From a virus: 64,000 nt of DNA. Within the stretch, counting starts at the first letter, position 1. Each line of letters opens with the position of its first letter. Made by a program: the position numbers and the translations under genes. The notes beneath the pieces are model-generated. The model worked only from the letters and a program-made list of their open reading frames with translations, searched no databases and had not been told where the DNA came from. Of this stretch, positions 1 to 8,473 are shown piece after piece. Where the stretch lies: positions 96,001 to 160,000 of IMG/VR virus record IMGVR_UViG_3300034358_000044. One strand, 5' to 3'.

Positions 1-152
1 TTGTCCTCTGGCGTCATGGTGTCCTTGAGCTGACTCAGCTCTGGGCCGGCGCAGATGATGTCGTGCTGCGCATCCACCAGTCCTCGGCTCTTAGACGTTA
101 CGTACTTCTGGAGGATTTGCAGTCCTCCAATGACGTCGCTGATGTTCGCCAT
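1..152 (-). CDS. hypothetical protein, runs off the left edge
   Basis: ATG at 152, 1 nt after the TGA of 154..639; open to the edge (MANISDVIGGLQILQKY...). Confidence 0.6.
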   Translation of the reverse strand, partial: MANISDVIGGLQILQKYVTSKSRGLVDAQHDIICAGPELSQLKDTMTPED

Positions 153-153
153 G

Positions 154-639
154 TCAGAAGCCGAGTTCGCAGAGCTCGCTGTAGTCGAGCTCGAAGGTCT
201 TCGTCCGGCTGATGTTCTTCATGACCCTCTCGTCAGCGACGATGTTGTCCGCCAGGTAGCTGACCGTGGTACCGAGTCGGCGGAGCTCGTGCAGGTCCTT
301 CTCCAGCGACTCGACGATGTCCTGGGGAATCCCCGAGTAGCCACCAGGACGTACCTCACGGTTGCCCACGGTGTTGACGGAGGCCTTGGTGAGGTAGGCG
401 TTCACCTTGTCGGAGTCGTTCCCGGCCTCGATGACCTCCTTGGGGTCCACGCCCCGGCTCTTGGCGAGCTCCGCGATGCGCGCCTTGCTCTTTTCGATCT
501 TGGTGTGGGTCTCCTTGACGCGCGTCTTGAGGGAGTCAGCGATCTCCTCCCCCGTCTTGTTGAACTTCAGGTTCTCGATTCGAAGGTGGCCGCCAGTTCC
601 GTCGAACATTGCTTCCATCTTGTCGTAGCTCTTGCGCAT
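154..639 (-). CDS. hypothetical protein
   Basis: 161-aa ORF tightly packed in the leftward operon, GC3-rich codons. Confidence 0.7.
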   Translation of the reverse strand: MRKSYDKMEAMFDGTGGHLRIENLKFNKTGEEIADSLKTRVKETHTKIEKSKARIAELAKSRGVDPKEVIEAGNDSDKVNAYLTKASVNTVGNREVRPGGYSGIPQDIVESLEKDLHELRRLGTTVSYLADNIVADERVMKNISRTKTFELDYSELCELGF

Positions 640-640
640 G

Positions 641-826
641 TCAGATGTCCTCGCCCTTCAGTGTGGACCTGCCAGATGCCCTGGCGCGGTTGATGGCCGC
701 CTGGATGATCATGTGAACCTGCTGGTTGACTGCATCGATGAAGTCGTCTCCAGAACGCATCTCTGCGTCCTTCACTGCCTGCTTCACCTTCGAGACCACT
801 ACGAGAACATCCACTTCTTTCGCCAT
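641..826 (-). CDS. histone-fold protein, bacterial Bd0055-like singlet
   Basis: 61 aa, AGGAG RBS; VLVVVSKVKQAVK...AINRARASGRSTLKGEDI has the R-x-T-x-x-x-x-D histone-fold signature and the VLVVxSKVK start recalled for Bdellovibrio Bd0055. Confidence 0.85.
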   Translation of the reverse strand: MAKEVDVLVVVSKVKQAVKDAEMRSGDDFIDAVNQQVHMIIQAAINRARASGRSTLKGEDI

Positions 827-835
827 TGCGTGCTC

Positions 836-1642
836 CTACAAGTCCTTCGAGTCGATGAACCAAGACACCAGGAAGCTGATGCCCTTGATGGTGTGGCCGT
901 TCTTGGTGAAGATGCGGCCGATGACCATCGGGTCGCCCTTCGTGGCAGAACGCTGTGAGGGAGCAGCTCCCAGTACGTCGAAGAACTTCTCCGAGAGTGC
1001 CTTGGCCGTAGCGTTGAGGACTTCCGGCTTGGCCAGCTTGAAGGGGAAGTCGATGTTCTCCTTGAACTCGGAGGCCCAGGCTTCCGTCACGTAGACGGGC
1101 TTCCCCTCCTTGTCCTTGTCCATGTGAACGTCGCTCTCGATGAGAGCCTTCGGGCTGACGAATCGACCCTCACTCAGGGCCGGGTTGTTGCTCTCCTGGT
1201 CGGGGATGAACGGCATGTCCGACCTGTAGGAGTTCTTCCGATCCGCCCACAGCTTCTTGGGGTTCTTCGCCGTGGTGCGAATGGCGAAGATGTCCATGTC
1301 CATGTCGGGGATGATGGTGTAGCCGGCCTTCAGCGCCGCATGGACCTTCTCGTAGAACTGCTTCTGCTTCTTGGCCTTGGTGACGATGGCCTCGAACGGC
1401 TTGCTCGCCCACTTCCTCTTCTTGGCGATGTCGAGGTTGTCCTCTGCGGCCTTGATGTCCACGTCGATCCTCTGGATCTTCGCAGTGGCCCAGTTCTGGA
1501 GCTTCTTCTGCGCCAGGTTCATTTGCTCCAGGGTGCTGGCGGCGACGAAGACGTCATCACCTTCAGAGTCCTCTGTGAGCTTTGCCGTCACGTCCATAGG
1601 AGCTGGAAGCGCCTTCTGGACGACTTCCTTCTCTTCGTTCAT
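836..1642 (-). CDS. hypothetical protein with coiled-coil N-terminal half
   Basis: 268-aa ORF, heptad-like K/E/Q-rich segment. Confidence 0.7.
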   Translation of the reverse strand: MNEEKEVVQKALPAPMDVTAKLTEDSEGDDVFVAASTLEQMNLAQKKLQNWATAKIQRIDVDIKAAEDNLDIAKKRKWASKPFEAIVTKAKKQKQFYEKVHAALKAGYTIIPDMDMDIFAIRTTAKNPKKLWADRKNSYRSDMPFIPDQESNNPALSEGRFVSPKALIESDVHMDKDKEGKPVYVTEAWASEFKENIDFPFKLAKPEVLNATAKALSEKFFDVLGAAPSQRSATKGDPMVIGRIFTKNGHTIKGISFLVSWFIDSKDL

Positions 1643-1797
1643 AGCGAGTCCTTTGCAGTGGATGCTGCGTTGACGATTCGAGTGAGGAGCACCGACCTCT
1701 TTGTGCCTGCTGGGATGGCGATGCCGAGAACTTCATCGGCAAAACGAGCGAGATCGAAGTCGCTCATTCCCAGCAGTTGCTCGCTGCTCACCACCAT
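1639..1797 (-). CDS. small helical protein (Rho-N/HEH-like pattern); not in ORF track
   Basis: 52 aa MVVSSEQLLGMSDFDLARFADEVLGIAIPAGTKRSVLLTRIV...; its TGA overlaps the ATG of 836..1642 (ATGA); no RBS at its own ATG. Confidence 0.55.
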   Translation of the reverse strand: MVVSSEQLLGMSDFDLARFADEVLGIAIPAGTKRSVLLTRIVNAASTAKDSL

Positions 1798-1877
1798 GAA
1801 GTTGTTGGGGACGACCGTGTTGGGACGACGACCAGGAGCCGGTGGAGGTTCCGACTCCTGGAGTTGGGCCGTCGTCC

Positions 1878-2969
1878 CTACTTGGGGGACACAGGGCCGA
1901 TGAAGCCCTGGAGGAACGTCTGGAAGCTGGCCAGGGTCCCGGCGTTGCCCTTGGTGGCGGGCTGGAGCTGGGGGTTGGTGAGGTACATGTGGTGCAGGCT
2001 GGCCAGAATCTGGTAGCCGAGCACCCGCAGCTCATCGACATCACCCTGCAGCTTGGCGACCGCCTTGAGGGCAGCGTCGCTGTTGTGGGCGGAGATCTCC
2101 AGGCCCTTGCCCAGGGAGTCCAGCTTGGACGCCAGTCCGCCGTCCTGGGCGTGAGGCTGTGCCACCTGCTGGGGAACGAACGGAGCCATCTGGGCGACCG
2201 GAGGGACGAACTGCTGCTGGGGTGCCGGAGGCGGCCCGTTGAACTGCATCACCGGGGTAGCCGCCTGCTGAGCAGGAACCGGCTGGGGCTGGAAGCCGGG
2301 AGGGGCCATCGCAGCGGGAGGTGGAGGAGCCACGGCGTTGCCAGCAGCCGTCTTGCGCTTCCTGCCGGACACCTGCACAGCGCCGTCTGCCGGAGGTGCC
2401 TGAGGGGCGGGCTGCATCATCTGCTGCGGCGGCATCTGCATGGGCATCTGCACCTGCTGCGGAGGGATCCACTGGGCAGGAGCCTGGGGAGCCATCGGAG
2501 GAACCCCGACCGGTGCTTGGGTGAACTGCTGCAGCGGCTGCTGCTGGTAGCCGGCAGGAACCGGCATCATCTGCTGAGGCGCAGCCGGGACCTGGGCGAA
2601 CTGCTGCGGGGACATGGGCGCAGGAGCCTGGGGGACGGGTTGGAAGGACATCTGCGGACCCGCTGGGGGCTGAGCCATCTGGGGAACTCCATTCGTTGAG
2701 GGTGGGAGCTGCGGTACACCTGACGCGCCGAGATCGTTCTGGAGGTAGCCAGCAGAGATCTCGTGGTTGATGATGGCCGTCTTCACGAGCTCCCGGTTGT
2801 CGAGAGTCTCCTGGTAGGTCATCAGCGGATTGCCATCCGGCTTCTTGTAGATCATGTACGCCAGGTTTCGAACGGCTACGAACCTTGCTGCGTCCAGCTC
2901 CGTCTTCCTCTGGCTTGCAGTGGTGCCCGGTCGAGGGGCGAGTTCGTAGGTAGTGCCAGTATCAGTCAT
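1878..2969 (-). CDS. Pro/Gln-rich low-complexity protein with C-terminal coiled coil
   Basis: 363 aa, long P/Q/A/M-rich central region. Confidence 0.75.
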   Translation of the reverse strand: MTDTGTTYELAPRPGTTASQRKTELDAARFVAVRNLAYMIYKKPDGNPLMTYQETLDNRELVKTAIINHEISAGYLQNDLGASGVPQLPPSTNGVPQMAQPPAGPQMSFQPVPQAPAPMSPQQFAQVPAAPQQMMPVPAGYQQQPLQQFTQAPVGVPPMAPQAPAQWIPPQQVQMPMQMPPQQMMQPAPQAPPADGAVQVSGRKRKTAAGNAVAPPPPAAMAPPGFQPQPVPAQQAATPVMQFNGPPPAPQQQFVPPVAQMAPFVPQQVAQPHAQDGGLASKLDSLGKGLEISAHNSDAALKAVAKLQGDVDELRVLGYQILASLHHMYLTNPQLQPATKGNAGTLASFQTFLQGFIGPVSPK

Positions 2970-3180
2970 CTTCTTCTCCTGTGTGGACGGGCCGGTTGAG
3001 GAAGGCCCGTATTGCTTGTGCGTCCCCGTACTTCTTCATCATGTCGAGTCTGGCCAGATACTCAGGTTCCAGAATGGCCTCGAAGAGTTGGCAGGTGTAC
3101 CCCTGGTAGATCTTCTCTTCATCGGTAGCCAGGCAGGACCCTATCTTCTTGCAACTGAGGCAATCCCCTCTTTGAATCAC
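2962..3180 (-). CDS. small Cys-rich protein
   Basis: CLSCKKIGSC...TC; overlaps both neighbours. Confidence 0.65.
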   Translation of the reverse strand: MIQRGDCLSCKKIGSCLATDEEKIYQGYTCQLFEAILEPEYLARLDMMKKYGDAQAIRAFLNRPVHTGEEDD

Positions 3181-3491
3181 TGCACTCCCTCAGCATTCGG
3201 AGAGAAGCAAACAGCATGACGACCTTCGGAGCAGCCGTAGGTGGGGCAGTGGCCATTGCAGCCGGGCAACTGACTCCTCGTGACGCTGAAGTGGTCGTAG
3301 ATGTGCTTCTCTAGCAGCTTTCTGGTTTCGATGGTTCCTGAAACGTACTCAGGAGCCATATTCACGGTGCCAGCTACCAGCCCTAGTAGGGTTTCGCGTG
3401 GAATGCCCCTACGAAGGAGTCCCAGACCCTGCTTTCGGGCAATGCCCAGAAGCTCGGTCTCGTTGCAGTGCTGCAGGATGGTGTCATCCAT
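3177..3491 (-). CDS. hypothetical protein with Cys-rich C-terminus
   Basis: start moved to ATG 3491 (GGAGG RBS); CNGHC...C...HAVC. Confidence 0.65.
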   Translation of the reverse strand: MDDTILQHCNETELLGIARKQGLGLLRRGIPRETLLGLVAGTVNMAPEYVSGTIETRKLLEKHIYDHFSVTRSQLPGCNGHCPTYGCSEGRHAVCFSPNAEGVQ

Positions 3492-3951
3492 CTTTGTCCT
3501 CCAGCATCTCCTTGCGGAGGCGATGCCAACGTCCGTACCATCCTGGCGTAGATTTGTCTGCCCCGATGGAGGAAATGTGCTTCCTGGAGGGACAGCTCGG
3601 GCAGAACTCGAACGGAGCCCGTTCACAGGTTGCCACCTCCACTGAGACGTAACCATCAGGGCTTTGTCCCATGAAGCGCCCTGCAGCGTTCTCCCATCGT
3701 GGGCAGGAAACGAGCTCGTACCGCTGTTCCTTGGCGGTATTGAAGATGAGCTCGAAGGAGGAGTGAGGGCAGTAGGGGCAGGCAGCGTAGGGCTGAGCGA
3801 GGCACACCACCCGATTCTGGCTCTGGATGATGTTTCGGTCCTCCAGGTTCGGCCTGCACTCCACGGTCAGGTCGTTCTTGGACTTGCCCAGCGCCACCTC
3901 ATCTTCTTGTTCAACTTTCTGCACCAATGAAACGTAATCGTAGAAGTTCAT
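3484..3951 (-). CDS. Cys-rich protein with two CxxC units
   Basis: CPYCP and CPSCP plus further Cys. Confidence 0.7.
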   Translation of the reverse strand: MNFYDYVSLVQKVEQEDEVALGKSKNDLTVECRPNLEDRNIIQSQNRVVCLAQPYAACPYCPHSSFELIFNTAKEQRYELVSCPRWENAAGRFMGQSPDGYVSVEVATCERAPFEFCPSCPSRKHISSIGADKSTPGWYGRWHRLRKEMLEDKDG

Positions 3952-3952
3952 G

Positions 3953-4411
3953 TCATCTCTCCAGAACCTCCTTTGGAATTCCGAATTGGGAGGGGTCTAC
4001 TTCGTGGATGAAGATCTCAATCCTGGGGTCTCTTGGGTCCATGTGCTTCTCTTGGGCCGCAATGAAGGTCTGCGAGTCGTCGATGGCGATCGCATCCCTG
4101 ATGCAGTCTTCAAGAAGCTTTATGCGATTCGTGAGGTCAAATCTCTTATACCGAGACTTTGCCCGTTTTGAGAGAGGCACTCTGGGGTTGTTGTACGACT
4201 CGTTCACCACCGTCTCAAAGTAGAAGTGGAGGTGAACGGCGTAGAGTGCATCAGGATTGAGCTGGTTGATGGCCGGTAGGTACTCACGGCCAATCACCAT
4301 GGCGAACCGCTCAGCGTACTCCCTCGCCACCTTCGTCAGGATTGTACCTTTGAAGAACAGCTTGTTCGAGCTGGGCGGAATTTCTCGATACACCATCCTG
4401 AGAACATTCAC
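3953..4411 (-). CDS. rusA: RusA-family Holliday junction resolvase
   Basis: PPSSNK, DLTNRIKLLED...DDSQ, PRIEI motifs; GTG start overlaps the upstream TGA. Confidence 0.7.
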   Translation of the reverse strand: MNVLRMVYREIPPSSNKLFFKGTILTKVAREYAERFAMVIGREYLPAINQLNPDALYAVHLHFYFETVVNESYNNPRVPLSKRAKSRYKRFDLTNRIKLLEDCIRDAIAIDDSQTFIAAQEKHMDPRDPRIEIFIHEVDPSQFGIPKEVLER

Positions 4412-5103
4412 TTGAGCTCGATTCGTTCTGGCGGCTCTTCGTTCTCCTTGGCGATGGTGGGGACGTGCTTCGCCATCCACTCCATCGGCAAGTCGATTCC
4501 CTCACAGGCATCCAGGATGGTGAAGTGTTCCTCATCCTTGCTGATGGTCGCCATGCAGTGAAGGAGGACATGGGGGAGAGGGCCGACGAACAGTTCCTCG
4601 AAGTTGAGCTCGATGGCGACGGCCTTGCTGATGTCCCAGATGTGGGCTTCTGCTTCACGCAGGTCCAGAGCCCGGGTCCTGACTTCCGGGGGAGCCAGGT
4701 GGGAGCAGTGGTCAGGTGGAGTGTCCACGAGGTGGTAGCGGCAGCAGGAAGGCCTGTCGTCGTAGACGGAGCAGGTCTTCTCGGCCGTCAGGAGGGCACA
4801 GGGGATGCCCTTCTTGAAGTAGGTCGACCGGTTGACCCCTTCGAACTGGGTTTCCAGGGCCATGGCCCTGAGCTTGGGGAGCAGCTTCTCCCACTCCCCC
4901 GACATGAGGATCCGTTCAGCCAGAACGAGTCCTTCGACCAGGGTGATGGTGGCCAGGAGGTGGCAGCAGTGAGCACACCCCTTGGTGCAGGAGGGCTTGA
5001 ACTGGTCCTTCTTCTGCTCCAACAACTCTTCTACGAAAGAGTCTACTTGCTTGTAGACCTTTCGAATCTCATCCGTAACTGTAGTCTTCTCTTCATCAGC
5101 CAC
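4408..5103 (-). CDS. YkgJ-family (CxxCxxCC) cysteine-cluster protein
   Basis: CTKGCAHCC and CALL...CSVYDDRPSCCRYH. Confidence 0.85.
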   Translation of the reverse strand: MADEEKTTVTDEIRKVYKQVDSFVEELLEQKKDQFKPSCTKGCAHCCHLLATITLVEGLVLAERILMSGEWEKLLPKLRAMALETQFEGVNRSTYFKKGIPCALLTAEKTCSVYDDRPSCCRYHLVDTPPDHCSHLAPPEVRTRALDLREAEAHIWDISKAVAIELNFEELFVGPLPHVLLHCMATISKDEEHFTILDACEGIDLPMEWMAKHVPTIAKENEEPPERIELK

Positions 5104-5111
5104 AATCCCTC

Positions 5112-6092
5112 CTAGAGGATTTCCTTACCGCCCTTGAGAATCTTCTTCTCGAACTCTTCCAGCCTCGTGCCGGAGAGGCCGACCGACTTGCCAGCCTCAT
5201 TGGCGTTGAACTTCGAACTCAGGAGCAGCCGAAGAGCCCCCATCTCCTTCTTGGAGAAGTGGACCCCATAGAGGTCGTACTCCTCGTACAGCACCCATGT
5301 CTTGGGCCACACCGCCGCGATGACGTTGCCGATCATGTTGGCGTACTGCCGAATCTCCCACTGCGCACCTGGGCGCATGCGGAGGTTGCAGAAGGCCAGC
5401 CAGTTCCTCACGTCCGTCTTCGCCCTCATCCTGGAGTAGCGGGAGACTGGGGTGTTGAGGCGGGCGACTTCCTTGGCGATGCCGTTGCTCACCCAGGAGT
5501 CGTACGTCTCATAGACGTCGTCCTGTTGCCGGGCGAGCTCAGACAGAACCTGGGCGCTGACCCCATCACCGACTGCTTCAGCACTTCCCTGCTTGTTGGA
5601 GGTGCTCTGCTTCTGGATTCGACCTCTCTCCGGCAGGTAGTGGAGATTCGGCATCTGGGTGTAGCGCGCCGACATCTCATTGTAGCTCTGGGTCCGGTGG
5701 CGGTGCCACTCACGGAAGACCATGATGGGCGCCTGCACCTCGATGGTGAGCTCGCACATCTCGAAGGGCGTGGCGTGCTTGTTCCTCCACAGGTTGTCGA
5801 GGAGCGCCAGGTCGCCATTGGGGTAGATGGTCATCTTGTGGCTGGGGCCACACTCCAGCCTCCAGGTTTCCTGCTTGCGCTCTTCGTCCATCAACTGGAC
5901 CTTGCCGCAGGAGTCACAGCGCTCGTAGGGCTTCCAGGAGATGAACCCCTTGTTGGTGCTCATCCGGGCAGCTTCGACGAAGGTCTCGTCGCTGCCCATC
6001 ACGTCCACGACCTTGATGTACCCATGGTCGAGAACCTGGAACTGCCAAGTCTTCAGTTCTTCAATGCTCTGGGCGTCCAGTGGCATCTTCAT
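5112..6092 (-). CDS. thyX: FAD-dependent thymidylate synthase
   Basis: HATPFE, REWHRHRTQSYNEMSARY, LRMRPGAQWEIR. Confidence 0.95.
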   Translation of the reverse strand: MKMPLDAQSIEELKTWQFQVLDHGYIKVVDVMGSDETFVEAARMSTNKGFISWKPYERCDSCGKVQLMDEERKQETWRLECGPSHKMTIYPNGDLALLDNLWRNKHATPFEMCELTIEVQAPIMVFREWHRHRTQSYNEMSARYTQMPNLHYLPERGRIQKQSTSNKQGSAEAVGDGVSAQVLSELARQQDDVYETYDSWVSNGIAKEVARLNTPVSRYSRMRAKTDVRNWLAFCNLRMRPGAQWEIRQYANMIGNVIAAVWPKTWVLYEEYDLYGVHFSKKEMGALRLLLSSKFNANEAGKSVGLSGTRLEEFEKKILKGGKEIL

Positions 6093-6099
6093 TGTTTCC

Positions 6100-6759
6100 T
6101 CATGGAGCGAGTCGCAGAATGTTATTGCCGTTGTACCGCTTCATGAACTTGTCGATGTCCTGACGGTAGTAGTCCAGGCCTTCTCGGACCTGAAGAATCC
6201 CGTCAAGCTCCATGTCGGTGATGGTCTTCTGCTCTTCTTCAGAGGAGTGACCGACGATTCCCACATGCCCGTTCCTCCCGTTCCTCTTCAGTCGAACGAC
6301 CTTCGCCGCCATCTTGTGGAGCCCACTGACTTCATTCTTGAAGCGTACGTCTGGGCACACCACTCCATGTGGTTGAGACCCGACAAGCCTTCGGAGAGAA
6401 GAGGTTGGTCGGAGCCCCTTGGTGCGTGAGTAGGAGTAGCTCCCAGACAGGACTGCGTGAGCATGCCGGGAGAAGAGGTCTACCCACGTGTCCGGGTACA
6501 GATTCCTTATCACTTCGGTGCCGATGATTTGGCACGCGACCCGAGGAGTCATAAAGCCCTTCCCGGGGATAGGATACCTGAGGTCGGGCTGCTCCTTCCG
6601 TACACCCCAGAGCTGCTCCTCCGTCATGTCGTAGAGCTCCATCGCCATCCGCTTGATGGGATCTGCGAGTGCGATGCGGACGTAGCCGTACTTCTCGACC
6701 AGGTGGTCCGCGAAGACGTCCTTGCCGGAACCTGCCTGCCCCATGATGCCGAGAATCAT
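6100..6759 (-). CDS. deoxynucleoside monophosphate kinase
   Basis: GQAGSGKD P-loop, ADPIK, QIIGTE, PDVRFKNE. Confidence 0.9.
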   Translation of the reverse strand: MILGIMGQAGSGKDVFADHLVEKYGYVRIALADPIKRMAMELYDMTEEQLWGVRKEQPDLRYPIPGKGFMTPRVACQIIGTEVIRNLYPDTWVDLFSRHAHAVLSGSYSYSRTKGLRPTSSLRRLVGSQPHGVVCPDVRFKNEVSGLHKMAAKVVRLKRNGRNGHVGIVGHSSEEEQKTITDMELDGILQVREGLDYYRQDIDKFMKRYNGNNILRLAP

Positions 6760-6762
6760 TCG

Positions 6763-6993
6763 CTACCTCTTCTTGAGTCTGGAAGGAACCTCGTTGGACA
6801 GCTCTGGAGGAAAGCCAAGTGCTTTCCGCACCATGTTGGCGCCCGAGGCGGCGAAGTTGCAGTCCGCGATGGTACGCCCATAGGAAACGGTATGTGTGGT
6901 GCCCGTTTCCTTTTCCCAGGTCACCATGATGACAACATCCTGCCCATACTTCTCAGCGATGTCTTTCGCTGCTTTGATTGGCATCTTCTTCAT
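6763..6993 (-). CDS. small hypothetical protein
   Basis: start moved to ATG 6993 (GAGG RBS), just after the upstream stop. Confidence 0.65.
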   Translation of the reverse strand: MKKMPIKAAKDIAEKYGQDVVIMVTWEKETGTTHTVSYGRTIADCNFAASGANMVRKALGFPPELSNEVPSRLKKR

Positions 6994-6995
6994 CA

Positions 6996-7604
6996 CTACC
7001 TCTGGGGTCTGTTGAAGTGCCGGGCGCCCTGTGGTGGTCCTTGGATGCCGGCGACGTTGTGGTCCCGCTTCATCCTCTCGATTTCCTGTCCGCGCTGCGT
7101 GATGCGCCGGGAGACAGTTTCCCAATTCCTCTGGGCTTGCTCACGGATGGTGCGGGTGAGGCGGTAGACGCTCTCAGAGTAGATGACCTTTGCTTGGGCA
7201 TCAACAACGCGAGAGTCGGTGATGACGAGGTCTGTCTTGTCCCGGTCAGTGAGCCGCCCCTCACTGAGGGACTTGATGCCGATGCGGACTCGGGCGTAGA
7301 TGAACTCGAACTGCCCCTTGGCCGAGTCCACCAATGCCTGGGCCTTCGCCAGCTCACTCTCGACGTAGCCCGTGTACTGGCTCAGGTTGTTGAGAAGGTC
7401 TCCGAGATCATCATCCCCGAGGCCTGTCAGGTCTTGAGGCATCTCCCCACGATAGCCGCTGTTCGGCAGTGAGGGGGCCATGATGCCCCTCGACTGCACC
7501 TGTGCCAGAGCGTCCTGATAGACGTCCAGCCGTTTTGCTCCTGTGTCCAAGTCCTCTGGAGGACGGAGTTCAATCGCCCCCAGAGTGCCACTTCCTTTGG
7601 CCAT
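6996..7604 (-). CDS. helical protein, possibly a UvsY-like recombination mediator
   Basis: ATG 7604 with AAGGAGG RBS; long amphipathic helices; sits in the recombination cluster; function tentative. Confidence 0.45.
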   Translation of the reverse strand: MAKGSGTLGAIELRPPEDLDTGAKRLDVYQDALAQVQSRGIMAPSLPNSGYRGEMPQDLTGLGDDDLGDLLNNLSQYTGYVESELAKAQALVDSAKGQFEFIYARVRIGIKSLSEGRLTDRDKTDLVITDSRVVDAQAKVIYSESVYRLTRTIREQAQRNWETVSRRITQRGQEIERMKRDHNVAGIQGPPQGARHFNRPQR

Positions 7605-7606
7605 GC

Positions 7607-8473
7607 TTACCTCCTTGCAGCTTGCGCTTGCTTTGCAGCAGGGCACCCGTAGACGTAGGCGCAGTCTCTGCAGTGGAACCCAACTTCACCTGGGGGCGGA
7701 GTGCCCGAGTCGTAGAAGCTCTTGATGAGGGCAGCCTTGGTGTAGAGCTGCTCCCAGAGAGGCGGCTCGAACTCCACTGGGAAGTCCAGCAGGTTCGAGT
7801 CGTTCTTGTTCATGTAGAGGTAGACGATGACGGGGCGATCGAGAGCTGCCCCGTAGAGCATCGCCTGCTGCTTGTGCTCGGGTTTCGGCCTCTTCAGCTT
7901 GTCGAAAATGTTCGAGTTGCAGGTCTTGTACTCGTGGACGAGCCCAATCTCGTAGAGGGGGTGGCCCTCGATGTCGATGGTGAGGACGTTGTCCGCATCG
8001 GCATGCCCCTCCAACATGAGCTGCTCAGCGAGCTGCTGGAACTTCCCGCTGACCTCTACTTCCTTTCGATAAATCGGACCCCAAGCTCCGGCCTCCCCGT
8101 ATGACTGGAACATGTGGTGGACAGCATGGCCCAGGTCGAAGAGGAGGCGCATTCTGGGCTCCACTCTCTGTGCCCCTGGTGCTCCAACCATGTCGTTGTA
8201 GACCTTGAGGAGACAGGGGTGCCCGATTTGAGAAGGGTGAAGTCCGTCGTACCTGGGCTCCAGGAGGACGTATCCAGGGTACTCGCTGTCGCTGCACTTA
8301 CGGCACCGTACCCATTTGGCTTCGAGGAGCTCATTGTCCCTCTTGTTCTGCGCTTCGAGGTGGCGGTACAGCCTGTCCTTCAGCTTGATGTTCTGAAGCA
8401 AGAAGGAGCGCAGCTCCACACTCTGGGCAAGCCACTGTTGAGTGGTGTGGAGCTGCACGATGGGGCGAGTCAT
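7607..8473 (-). CDS. Cas4/AddB-like PD-(D/E)xK exonuclease
   Basis: HPSQIGHPC, GHADAD, HEYKT, QQAMLY, C-terminal CRDCAYVYGC (Fe-S-type Cys pattern). Confidence 0.8.
   Translation of the reverse strand: MTRPIVQLHTTQQWLAQSVELRSFLLQNIKLKDRLYRHLEAQNKRDNELLEAKWVRCRKCSDSEYPGYVLLEPRYDGLHPSQIGHPCLLKVYNDMVGAPGAQRVEPRMRLLFDLGHAVHHMFQSYGEAGAWGPIYRKEVEVSGKFQQLAEQLMLEGHADADNVLTIDIEGHPLYEIGLVHEYKTCNSNIFDKLKRPKPEHKQQAMLYGAALDRPVIVYLYMNKNDSNLLDFPVEFEPPLWEQLYTKAALIKSFYDSGTPPPGEVGFHCRDCAYVYGCPAAKQAQAARR

Noticed and set aside
7607-8473. CRISPR-Cas system suggested by the Cas4-like gene
   Set aside because: No repeat-spacer array or other cas gene seen; stand-alone Cas4-like exonucleases are common in phage recombination clusters
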